Of a DNA stretch of 64,000 bases, positions 32,412 to 41,793 are shown in pieces. Below the pieces are notes generated by a model. That model ran no database searches. It was not told where the DNA came from and saw nothing but the letters and a program-made list of their open reading frames with translations. Position 1 is the stretch's first letter, and every line of letters starts with the position of its first letter. Source of the stretch: Escherichia coli (GTDB lineage: Bacteria > Pseudomonadota > Gammaproteobacteria > Enterobacterales > Enterobacteriaceae); the NCBI RefSeq assembly GCF_030013595.1, contig NZ_CP122768.1; one strand, written 5' to 3'. The position numbers were made by a program, and so were the translations under genes.

Positions 32412-34358
32412 ATGAAAACAAATATAAAAGTATTTACATCGACAGGTGAATTGACCACTCTTGGCCGTGAACTGGGCAAAGGTGGTGAAGGCGCGGTTTA
32501 TGATATCGAGGAGTTTGTCGATAGCGTCGCCAAGATTTATCACACGCCGCCACCCGCCTTAAAACAGGACAAACTTGCCTTTATGGCTGCGACAGCTGAC
32601 GCGCAGTTGTTGAATTATGTCGCCTGGCCGCAGGCAACGCTTCACGGTGGACGAGGCGGAAAAGTTATCGGTTTTATGATGCCAAAAGTTTCTGGTAAAG
32701 AACCGATTCATATGATCTATAGCCCGGCACATCGTCGCCAGAGTTACCCTCATTGTGCGTGGGATTTTCTACTCTATGTTGCGCGCAATATTGCTTCATC
32801 TTTTGCTACGGTTCACGAGCACGGGCACGTCGTGGGTGACGTAAACCAGAACAGTTTTATGGTAGGTCGCGACAGCAAAGTGGTACTGATTGATAGCGAC
32901 TCCTTTCAGATTAACGCCAATGGCACACTGCATTTATGCGAAGTCGGCGTGTCGCATTTTACGCCGCCAGAGCTACAAACCTTGTCGTCATTTGTCGGCT
33001 TTGAACGCACAGAAAATCACGATAATTTTGGCCTTGCGTTGCTGATTTTTCACGTCTTGTTTGGTGGCCGGCATCCTTATTCTGGTGTGCCGCTTATCTC
33101 TGATGCGGGTAATGCGCTGGAGACGGATATTACCCATTTCCGTTATGCCTACGCGTCAGATAATCAGCGACGTGGTTTAAAACCGCCGCCACGATCGATT
33201 CCGCTATCGATGTTACCGAGTGATGTTGAAGCCATGTTTCAGCAGGCATTCACGGAAAGTGGCGTGGCAACCGGGCGTCCGACGGCTAAAGCGTGGGTAG
33301 CGGCACTTGATTCTCTGCGCCAACAGTTAAAGAAATGTCCCGTTTCGGCAATGCATGTTTATCCCGCTCATTTGACCGACTGCCCGTGGTGTGCGCTGGA
33401 TAATCAAGGCGTTATCTATTTTATTGATCTCGGCGAAGAGGTCATTACCACCAGCGGTGATTTTGTGCTGGCGAAAGTCTGGGCGATGGTGATGGCGTCA
33501 GTAGCACCGCCAGCATTGCAATTGCCATTACCCGATCATTTCCAACCGACTGGCAGGCCGCTTCCTTTAGGCCTGTTACGGCGCGAATACATCATTCTGA
33601 TTGAGATCGCACTGTCAGCGTTATCGCTGTTGCTTTGCGGCCTTCAGGCAGAACCGCGTTATATTATTTTGGTTCCTGTGCTGTCGGCTATCTGGATTAT
33701 TGGCAGTCTGACAAGCAAAGCGTACAAAGCAGAAGTTCAGCAACGCCGTGAGGCATTTAATCGCGCGAAAATGGACTATGACCATTTATTCAGCCAGATC
33801 CAACAGTTGGGCGGGCTGGAAGGTTTTATCGCCAAACGGACGATGCTCGAAAAAATGAAGGACGAAATGCTCGGGTTACCGGAAGAAGAAAAACGTGCTC
33901 TGGCAGCACTTCACGACACCGCAAGGGAACGGCAGAAGCAGAAGTTTCTGGAGGGATTTTTTATTGATGTTGCCTCTATTCCCGGCGTTGGCCCTGCGCG
34001 TAAAGCGGCGTTACGGTCCTTTGGTATTGAAACAGCAGCGGATGTTACCCGTCGTGGGGTTAAGCAAGTGAAAGGGTTTGGTGATCATCTGACCCAGGCA
34101 GTTATCGACTGGAAAGCAAGTTGCGAACGCCGTTTTGTGTTCAGGCCGAATGAAGCGGTAACGCCAGCAGACAGACAAGCGGTAATGGCGAAAATGACCG
34201 CCAAACGACATCGGCTGGAATCGACGTTGACTGTCGGCGCGACAGAGTTGCAGCGATTCCGCCTTCATGCTCCAGCACGGACCATGCCGTTGATGGAACC
34301 GTTACGTCAGGCGGCAGAAAAACTGGCTCAGGCGCAGGCAGATTTAAGCCGCTGCTGA
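32412..34358 (+). CDS. yegI: membrane-anchored atypical Ser/Thr protein kinase with C-terminal helix-hairpin-helix
   Basis: 648-aa ORF; kinase-like motifs (GKGGEGAVY, VAKIY, HGHVVGDVNQNS, DSDSF), two hydrophobic helices near residues 395-440, and an HhH (IPGVGPARKAALRSFGIETAADV). Confidence 0.85.
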   Translation: MKTNIKVFTSTGELTTLGRELGKGGEGAVYDIEEFVDSVAKIYHTPPPALKQDKLAFMAATADAQLLNYVAWPQATLHGGRGGKVIGFMMPKVSGKEPIHMIYSPAHRRQSYPHCAWDFLLYVARNIASSFATVHEHGHVVGDVNQNSFMVGRDSKVVLIDSDSFQINANGTLHLCEVGVSHFTPPELQTLSSFVGFERTENHDNFGLALLIFHVLFGGRHPYSGVPLISDAGNALETDITHFRYAYASDNQRRGLKPPPRSIPLSMLPSDVEAMFQQAFTESGVATGRPTAKAWVAALDSLRQQLKKCPVSAMHVYPAHLTDCPWCALDNQGVIYFIDLGEEVITTSGDFVLAKVWAMVMASVAPPALQLPLPDHFQPTGRPLPLGLLRREYIILIEIALSALSLLLCGLQAEPRYIILVPVLSAIWIIGSLTSKAYKAEVQQRREAFNRAKMDYDHLFSQIQQLGGLEGFIAKRTMLEKMKDEMLGLPEEEKRALAALHDTARERQKQKFLEGFFIDVASIPGVGPARKAALRSFGIETAADVTRRGVKQVKGFGDHLTQAVIDWKASCERRFVFRPNEAVTPADRQAVMAKMTAKRHRLESTLTVGATELQRFRLHAPARTMPLMEPLRQAAEKLAQAQADLSRC

Positions 34359-34370
34359 GCCAGTTTTCAA

Positions 34371-35723
34371 TTAACGAAACACCACTTCCGCCCAGCGTGC
34401 CAGCCCGGCGGTGACGGAGCCAAAGTCATCGCCGCCTGCAATCGGAATGCCCGGCAACTGTTCTGCCAGCGCTTTTTTAATCAGCGGCGAACGGGCGCTA
34501 CCGCCGGTCAGGTATATAACGTCCGGTTTTTCCTGGGCGTTATCCAGCGCCAGTTGCACCTGTTCCAGAATTCGCGCAAGCGGCTGGCTGAGGGCGCTTT
34601 CCAGCCCTTGCTGGCTAATCAGCGTAGCCAGTTCATCGCTGATAAACGGCAGTGAGGCGCGAGTTTCCGCAGTGCTGGAAAGAGCAATTTTGCTCTCTTC
34701 TGCGCTGCGTACCAGGCGATAGCTTAAACGCTGACGCCAGACTTTCTGTAACAGGGCCACTTTTTCCGGTTCGCGGGCATCGCGTACCAGATCGTTAAGC
34801 AGACGACCGTTGGCACTACTGTAGAAATCACTCTGCGCAGGAACGTCGTTGATGGCAACCGCATTCCACCACGGCAGAATCGGCAGGGCGATGCCTTTTT
34901 CGGTTTCGCCACCCATGCCCAGTAACGGCATCAGGTTTTTAAACGCCAGCGCGATATCCAGATCGTTACCGCCAATACGGCAACCACTGTGACCCAGCAG
35001 GCTGGCTTCACGATCGAGACGCGAACGCCACTGCGGCCCCATCAGCAGCAATGAACAGTCAGTCGTACCACCGCCGATATCCACCACCAGCACCCGTTTT
35101 TCTTCCTGCAAGGTGGCTTCGTAATCCAGCCCAGCCGCGACCGGCTCGTACTGGAATACCACGTCCCTGAATCCGGCACGCTTCGCCGCGCGTTCCAGAA
35201 TCCCTTGCGCCTGGGCGTTTGCTTCATCGCCGCCAAGCCCCTGGAAGTTGATCGGGCGACCAATCACTGCCTGAGTAATTGCCTCCGGCAGTTGAGCCTG
35301 CGCCTGTTGGCGAATGTGCAACATCATTGCGCAGACCAGATCCTCAAACAGCGCTACCTGCTGCGGTTTTAAGCCGCTGGCACCGAGGAACGATTTTGGT
35401 GATTTCACAAACCACACTTCTTCTGGATCATCAATGTACTGTGCCAGTGAGGAAAGACCGAACTGCACGCTTTTCGCCGTAACATCGATATCTTCTTCGC
35501 GGTTATAACGAATCGCCCGACGCAACAGCGCCTGCGTTTCATCGTCGTCTGCCGGAACATCATGATGGCGGTACAGCCATTCGCTTACCGCTTCACGCGT
35601 TGGCGCGCAAAGCATTGAAGGCAGCAGCGTGCTGTCGTTTTCCATTTTTAGCAAGTGCGGTTTACCGTCACGCATGACCGCCACTGAACAGTTTGCTGTA
35701 CCGTAATCAAAACCAATAAACAC
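34371..35723 (-). CDS. yegD: Hsp70/actin-fold ATPase (DnaK-like chaperone homologue)
   Basis: 450 aa from the GTG at 35723 (VFIGFDYGTANCSVAV..., Hsp70 phosphate-1 motif; VVDIGGGTTDCSLL phosphate-2); the ORF track extends 21 codons upstream without an SD. Confidence 0.82.
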   Translation of the reverse strand: MFIGFDYGTANCSVAVMRDGKPHLLKMENDSTLLPSMLCAPTREAVSEWLYRHHDVPADDDETQALLRRAIRYNREEDIDVTAKSVQFGLSSLAQYIDDPEEVWFVKSPKSFLGASGLKPQQVALFEDLVCAMMLHIRQQAQAQLPEAITQAVIGRPINFQGLGGDEANAQAQGILERAAKRAGFRDVVFQYEPVAAGLDYEATLQEEKRVLVVDIGGGTTDCSLLLMGPQWRSRLDREASLLGHSGCRIGGNDLDIALAFKNLMPLLGMGGETEKGIALPILPWWNAVAINDVPAQSDFYSSANGRLLNDLVRDAREPEKVALLQKVWRQRLSYRLVRSAEESKIALSSTAETRASLPFISDELATLISQQGLESALSQPLARILEQVQLALDNAQEKPDVIYLTGGSARSPLIKKALAEQLPGIPIAGGDDFGSVTAGLARWAEVVFR

Positions 35724-35856
35724 GAAATAATCCCCATGCCGGTGAAGAAGGGGCGTGACTTTAGCGAAATGTTGCCGTCGCGACAACCGGAATATGAAAG
35801 CAAAGCGTAGCGTCTGAATAACGTTTATGCTGAAAGCGGATTAACAAGGAGATGCG

Positions 35857-36705
35857 ATGTATACCCTGAACTGGCAGCCGCCGTATGACTGGTCGTGGAT
35901 GTTGGGATTTCTCGCCGCCCGTGCAGTGAGTGGTGTGGAAACGGTCGCGGACAGTTATTATGCCCGTAGTCTGGCGGTGGGCGAATATCGCGGCGTGGTG
36001 ACTGCTATTCCGGATATAGCCCGCCATACTCTGCACATAAATTTAAGTGCAGGTTTAGAACCCGTTGCCGCTGAGTGTCTGGCGAAAATGAGCCGCCTGC
36101 TTGATCTGCAATGTAACCCGCAGATTGTTAACGGTGCGTTGGGCAAGTTAGGCGCGGCGCGGCCCGGATTGCGTTTACCCGGCAGTGTTGATGCTTTTGA
36201 GCAGGGCGTGCGGGCGATTTTAGGCCAACTGGTGAGCGTGGCGATGGCGGCAAAATTGACCGCCAGAGTGGCACAGCTTTATGGCGAACGGCTGGATGAT
36301 TTTCCGGAGTATATCTGCTTCCCCACGCCTCAGCGGCTGGCAGCAGCCGACCCGCAGGCATTAAAAGCGTTAGGCATGCCGTTGAAACGGGCAGAGGCAC
36401 TGATTCATCTGGCAAATGTGGCGCTGGAGGGCAGCTTACCAATGACAATTCCGGGCGATGTGGAGCAGGCGATGAAAACGCTGCAAACTTTTCCGGGTAT
36501 CGGGCGCTGGACGGCGAATTATTTCGCTTTGCGTGGCTGGCAGGCGAAAGATGTTTTCCTGCCGGATGATTATCTGATTAAACAGCGATTTCCGGGAATG
36601 ACACCAGCACAAATCCGCCGTTATGCCGAACGCTGGAAGCCCTGGCGCTCTTATGCGCTGTTGCATATCTGGTATACGGAAGGCTGGCAACCAGACGAAG
36701 CATGA
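35857..36705 (+). CDS. alkA: 3-methyladenine DNA glycosylase II
   Basis: 282-aa ORF (MYTLNWQPPYDWSWMLGFLAARAVS...) recognised as AlkA. Confidence 0.92.
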   Translation: MYTLNWQPPYDWSWMLGFLAARAVSGVETVADSYYARSLAVGEYRGVVTAIPDIARHTLHINLSAGLEPVAAECLAKMSRLLDLQCNPQIVNGALGKLGAARPGLRLPGSVDAFEQGVRAILGQLVSVAMAAKLTARVAQLYGERLDDFPEYICFPTPQRLAAADPQALKALGMPLKRAEALIHLANVALEGSLPMTIPGDVEQAMKTLQTFPGIGRWTANYFALRGWQAKDVFLPDDYLIKQRFPGMTPAQIRRYAERWKPWRSYALLHIWYTEGWQPDEA

Positions 36706-36709
36706 CGTT

Positions 36710-36815
36710 GGTCGCCGGATGCGGTGCGAGCGCCTTATCCGGCCTGGAGAATGAGCGATTTGTAGATTTGTAGGCCTGATAAGACGCGTTAGCGTCGCAT
36801 CAGGCAATGGGCAAA
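36710..36815. repeat. REP elements
   Basis: GCCGGATGCGGTG...GCCTTATCCGGCC and GTAGGCCTGATAAGACGCG...CGTCGCATCAGGC palindromic units in the convergent alkA/dgcE gap. Confidence 0.7.
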
Positions 36816-36822
36816 CGCTCCC

Positions 36823-39800
36823 TCAGTTAATCGCGAAATAACTACTATTCACCAGCAAATCCAGCGGTTGGGCATCGGCAATCACATCACCATAAATCAG
36901 ATCGACGCCGATGCCCGAAAGCGTATCCATCACTAAGGGTAAAACGACTGGCCCGGCTATAGTCTTCACCCCGAGTCGCTGAGCGTGCCCCAGAATAATC
37001 GTAATCAGCATCTCATCCATCAAATTACCCTGCACGTTGGCGCATAAATCCCCATCAAGTAGCAGGTAATCTGCCATATTCGCTTTCAGCGAGTTGAAGA
37101 TTTGCAGATCGCGGCCCACCTGGCTGAGCACTATCCGACATCCCGCCAGCCGCAGTTTTTGCACGCTTTCTGCGTGATCTAAAATCGCTTCTGCCGGAAT
37201 AACCAGATGTAATAACCGTGGTGGTAGAGGGCTATTTTCCATCTGCTCAAGCAGGTCATTCACCAGCGTGGCGCTACTCAAACCGGCAACGGAAAGGGGG
37301 AGGGCGATGCTTATGCCTTTACTGGCAACCGCTTTGGCAGCCTGCTGGAAAAATTCGTGGAATACCCGTCGGTCAAGAGCATGGCTAAGTGCCGGATCGC
37401 TGCAGCTACGACGAAATGTTTGTTCATCAATAATCTCGCCTTCGCAACTCCACAGCTTAAGTGAAATCAGCCACAAATTACGCGCTTCCGGGATCCGTGG
37501 CGAAGCGACACCGTGGGCGATCATCATCAACTGATTCTCTTTAATCATCCGCCACTGTTCATCAAGCGACATCGCCGCCTGTTCGCTATGTGCGGCAGCT
37601 TGCTGCGGTTCGTAAATCGTCACCCGGCCCCGGCCACCATTTTTGGAGGCATAACAGGCGATATCAGCCTGCGACATCACTTCAGCCGCCTGATGATTGT
37701 TGTCATCAATCAAGGTAATCCCGGCACTGGCACCTACCCGATGTACACGTCCTTCCCAGATAAAGTGATAGTCATTCACAGCACTGATAATACGTGTAGC
37801 GATAAAACGCGCACTTTCGACATTGCAGTCTGGCAGCAGCAGACCAAATTCATCACCGCCGAGCCGCGCCAGCACGTCGCTGGAGCGCAGCATGCTCAGC
37901 ATCAACGACGCCAGTTCGCGCAGTAAAGCGTCGCCCGCCGCATGCCCGGCGCTGTCATTCACCGCTTTAAAGCGATCAAGATCGATAAACACCAGGGCAT
38001 GTCGCTGATGCGTACTGTTTACCGTTTGCAGCAGGATGCGTAGTTGCTTCTCAAAACTGGCGCGATTGGCGAGATGCGTCAGTGCATCATGGGAGGCGCT
38101 GTAGCTCAGCTGGCGCAGCATTTTGCGTGATTCGGTGACGTCCTGAATCACCAGAACCGAACCAATATTGCTGCCGTCCAGAGTACTTAACGGCGTAATA
38201 CTGTAATGCACGTCGTAGCTGCCGCCGCTCCGGCAGTGCAACACCACATCTTGTTCAATCGCGGAACGTGAGGTGTCGGCACTGTAAATGTTTTCCATTA
38301 ATGGTCCGTTGTCGCCAAAAGTAATATGCAACACCGTCAGGAGCGGAACACCTAATGCTTCTTCCTGCGTCCAGCCGCTCATCTTCTCCGCCACTGGATT
38401 CATAAAGGTAATTTTCATTGCCATATCAATACAGACCACGGCTTCGCCGATGGAGTCCAGCGTAATGTGCAGGCGCTCTTTTTCCTGAAACAATGCCTCG
38501 TTAAGCTGTTTAACCTCGGTCATATCCATATTAATGCCGAGCAGGCGTTCGACTTCGCCTTCTTTATTCAGTACCCGGTTGGCGAGGGCGCGGATATGGC
38601 GGATGCCATCTTTCACGGCAATGCGAAATTCCAGCTTAAAGGGCGAGCGTGATTGCAACGAATCACGAATCACTTTTTCGGCATGCTGGCGATCTTCCGG
38701 CAGCACGCACTCGTACCACACCTGCCAGTTCGGTTTGATATGCGGAGGAATTTCATACAGCTCGAACATCCGCTTATCCCAGCTAAAAATATTCGGCTTC
38801 AGCTCCCACTCCCAGATGCCAATCCCGCCCGCTTCGTTAGCCAGCGTGATGCGTTCCATCAGTTGCTGATTCACCTGTTCGGTGCGTTTTAGCTCGTTAA
38901 TGTCTTCAATCTGAGCGATAAAATAGAGCGGCGTGCCATCCGTGTGGCGCACCAGTGAGACGGCAAGCAACGCCCAGACAACATCGCCATTGCGGTTGTA
39001 GTAACGTTTTTCCATTGAATAGGTGTTTATTTCACCGCTTATCAGCTTTTCAACCTGTTGGAGATCTTTATTGAGATCCTCCGGCCAGGTCAGTTGCTGA
39101 AAGGTGAGTCCGCGCAGCTCTTCCTGACTGTAACCGAGAAACTGGCAGAGTGCTTTGTTGGATTGCAGCCATTGTCCCTCGGTGCCCACTAATGCCATGC
39201 CGATGGCGGAATATTCCATGGCGTTCCGAAAGCGGGTTTCGCTTTCGGAAATGTGTTTGCGTTCCGCACGAAAGGCATACATCACCATGGTCATGATGTT
39301 GGCGGGCAGCAGGATCAGCAAAAACGGTAGCCACGGCATATGGCTCGTCAGGTACGTACGCGGCGTAGCAAGCAGGGAGGGATCCGCGGCCATCATCAGC
39401 GACACCATCATTACCGTGGTAAGGAAGATCAAAAAGGCTTCCATTCGTGGCAGGCGCACGGCGCTCCACATCAACAGCACAATAATGAAAGTAAAAGGCC
39501 ACGGCAGATACAGCATCGAAAGCCAGCTTAACGTCAGTGTGATGGCTAACGTGAGCAGCGACTCAAAAAGCAACCGTGGGTTGCGATGGCGCAGCAGATA
39601 GTGTGGTTTAAATAACAATCCCAGCGGCACCAGTGCCAGAGCGCCGATGGATTCTGACAGTACCCATATCAAAAATGCCCTGAGAGGATCGTCTCCGGGC
39701 GTCAGCAGGACAACCAGAACACCCCCCAACAGAGGTGGAACAATGGCGCTGCCGAGTGCCAGACGCAGCCAGTCAGCCAGATTTTGCAAGGGGTTATACC

Positions 39801-40140
39801 ACGGCAGCAATTTACGTAGCAGCACTGCCCCGACCACGGCTTCAACAATATTGATGGTCGTCCAGGTCATGTTCAGCGAGCTGGTGGAAAAAAGCAGGAT
39901 GGATGCGGCGATATTTCCCAGCGAACAGCTCAGCGCAATTCCCGGCCACATGCGCCCGGCATGGCGATAAAACGCCACCATCATGATGGACGTCGGGAAC
40001 CACAGTGGGGCGAGTTGGGTGCCAAACTGCGAAAGCTCAAGCGAGAAAAGGGTAAAGATAAACGAGACTAAACCTAAACTGACCAGGTGAAGCAGCGGGT
40101 GGGGCAGGGCAATTAATACATGCTGTGATTGTTTGCTCAT
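36823..40140 (-). CDS. dgcE: multidomain diguanylate cyclase (MASE1-PAS-GGDEF with degenerate EAL)
   Basis: 1105-aa ORF with an N-terminal polytopic region, PAS repeats, an intact GGDEF motif (LARLGGDEFGLLL) and a C-terminal EAL-like region lacking the EAL motif. Confidence 0.9.
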   Translation of the reverse strand: MSKQSQHVLIALPHPLLHLVSLGLVSFIFTLFSLELSQFGTQLAPLWFPTSIMMVAFYRHAGRMWPGIALSCSLGNIAASILLFSTSSLNMTWTTINIVEAVVGAVLLRKLLPWYNPLQNLADWLRLALGSAIVPPLLGGVLVVLLTPGDDPLRAFLIWVLSESIGALALVPLGLLFKPHYLLRHRNPRLLFESLLTLAITLTLSWLSMLYLPWPFTFIIVLLMWSAVRLPRMEAFLIFLTTVMMVSLMMAADPSLLATPRTYLTSHMPWLPFLLILLPANIMTMVMYAFRAERKHISESETRFRNAMEYSAIGMALVGTEGQWLQSNKALCQFLGYSQEELRGLTFQQLTWPEDLNKDLQQVEKLISGEINTYSMEKRYYNRNGDVVWALLAVSLVRHTDGTPLYFIAQIEDINELKRTEQVNQQLMERITLANEAGGIGIWEWELKPNIFSWDKRMFELYEIPPHIKPNWQVWYECVLPEDRQHAEKVIRDSLQSRSPFKLEFRIAVKDGIRHIRALANRVLNKEGEVERLLGINMDMTEVKQLNEALFQEKERLHITLDSIGEAVVCIDMAMKITFMNPVAEKMSGWTQEEALGVPLLTVLHITFGDNGPLMENIYSADTSRSAIEQDVVLHCRSGGSYDVHYSITPLSTLDGSNIGSVLVIQDVTESRKMLRQLSYSASHDALTHLANRASFEKQLRILLQTVNSTHQRHALVFIDLDRFKAVNDSAGHAAGDALLRELASLMLSMLRSSDVLARLGGDEFGLLLPDCNVESARFIATRIISAVNDYHFIWEGRVHRVGASAGITLIDDNNHQAAEVMSQADIACYASKNGGRGRVTIYEPQQAAAHSEQAAMSLDEQWRMIKENQLMMIAHGVASPRIPEARNLWLISLKLWSCEGEIIDEQTFRRSCSDPALSHALDRRVFHEFFQQAAKAVASKGISIALPLSVAGLSSATLVNDLLEQMENSPLPPRLLHLVIPAEAILDHAESVQKLRLAGCRIVLSQVGRDLQIFNSLKANMADYLLLDGDLCANVQGNLMDEMLITIILGHAQRLGVKTIAGPVVLPLVMDTLSGIGVDLIYGDVIADAQPLDLLVNSSYFAIN

Positions 40141-40457
40141 TACCGCTTTATCCGCAAGACCTGGTCGCCAGTATTCGTTTCTGTGTTTATGCTAGTACAA
40201 AAGTTTTACATTTTATATGCGAATTGCTCATAAAGTGACGTAAAGGCGGATAATTTGCGCAACTGCGTATAACATTTTTTACCTTACATAAAACTGATCA
40301 ACGTAATTTGCCCCCGGGAATTCTTTGTCAACAATTAACTCTGAGCGCGCGGCAACGCTATTCGACTGGTATCAGACGGATGAAATCCCTATAATTGCCG
40401 CGTTTGGCGCTTCGTCGCCCCCTTCCTAACATCCAGGTTAATCAGGTCGCTAAATAT

Positions 40458-41099
40458 ATGACTGATCAGTCTCATCAGTGCGTCATTATCGGTATCGCTG
40501 GCGCATCGGCTTCCGGCAAGAGTCTTATTGCCAGTACCCTTTATCGTGAATTGCGTGAGCAAGTCGGTGATGAACACATCGGCGTAATTCCCGAAGACTG
40601 CTATTACAAAGATCAAAGCCATCTGTCGATGGAAGAACGCGTTAAGACCAACTACGACCATCCCAGCGCGATGGATCACAGTCTGCTGCTTGAGCATTTA
40701 CAAGCGTTGAAACGCGGCTCGGCAATTGACCTGCCGGTTTACAGCTATGTTGAACATACGCGTATGAAAGAAACGGTGACGGTTGAGCCGAAGAAGGTCA
40801 TCATTCTCGAAGGCATTTTGTTGCTGACGGATGCGCGTTTGCGTGACGAACTTAACTTCTCCATTTTCGTTGATACCCCGCTGGATATCTGCCTGATGCG
40901 CCGCATCAAGCGTGACGTTAACGAGCGTGGGCGTTCAATGGATTCAGTGATGGCGCAATATCAAAAAACCGTGCGCCCGATGTTCCTGCAATTCATTGAG
41001 CCTTCTAAACAATATGCGGACATTATCGTGCCGCGCGGCGGGAAAAACCGCATCGCGATCGATATATTGAAAGCGAAAATAAGTCAGTTCTTTGAATAA
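40458..41099 (+). CDS. udk: uridine/cytidine kinase
   Basis: ORF track starts at a TTG (40395); the internal ATG gives 213 aa ([26 protein letters not shown]-loop). Confidence 0.9.
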
Positions 41100-41190
41100 G
41101 CTTGATAAATTGTGTACCGTTCAGTGATAACCTGGTATGCCCTTGACGTAATTGGCGTTAAGGGAGTGATGCGCGAAAGGAGAAAATGCC

Positions 41191-41772
41191 ATGCGTCTGT
41201 GTGACCGAGATATTGAAGCCTGGCTTGATGAAGGCCGTTTGTCGATCAACCCACGTCCGCCAGTGGAGCGTATTAACGGCGCGACGGTGGATGTACGCCT
41301 GGGCAATAAATTTCGTACCTTCCGTGGTCACACGGCAGCGTTTATCGATCTGAGCGGTCCCAAAGATGAAGTGAGCGCCGCGCTTGACCGCGTGATGAGC
41401 GATGAGATCGTTCTCGACGAGGGCGAGGCGTTCTATCTTCACCCAGGAGAGCTGGCGCTGGCGGTGACGCTGGAGTCGGTGACGCTGCCAGCCGATCTGG
41501 TGGGCTGGCTGGACGGGCGTTCCTCACTGGCGCGTCTGGGGCTGATGGTGCACGTCACCGCGCACCGCATCGATCCGGGCTGGTCTGGTTGCATTGTGCT
41601 GGAGTTCTACAACTCCGGTAAGCTGCCGCTGGCGCTGCGTCCGGGCATGTTAATTGGTGCGCTGAGCTTTGAGCCGCTTTCCGGCCCGGCGGCGCGACCT
41701 TACAACCGCCGTGAAGATGCGAAATATCGCAACCAGCAGGGCGCGGTAGCCAGCCGAATCGATAAAGACTAA
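41191..41772 (+). CDS. dcd: dCTP deaminase
   Basis: 193-aa ORF ([23 protein letters not shown]...) recognised as Dcd. Confidence 0.92.
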
Positions 41773-41793
41773 TTCAGGCCCATTGAGGATACC

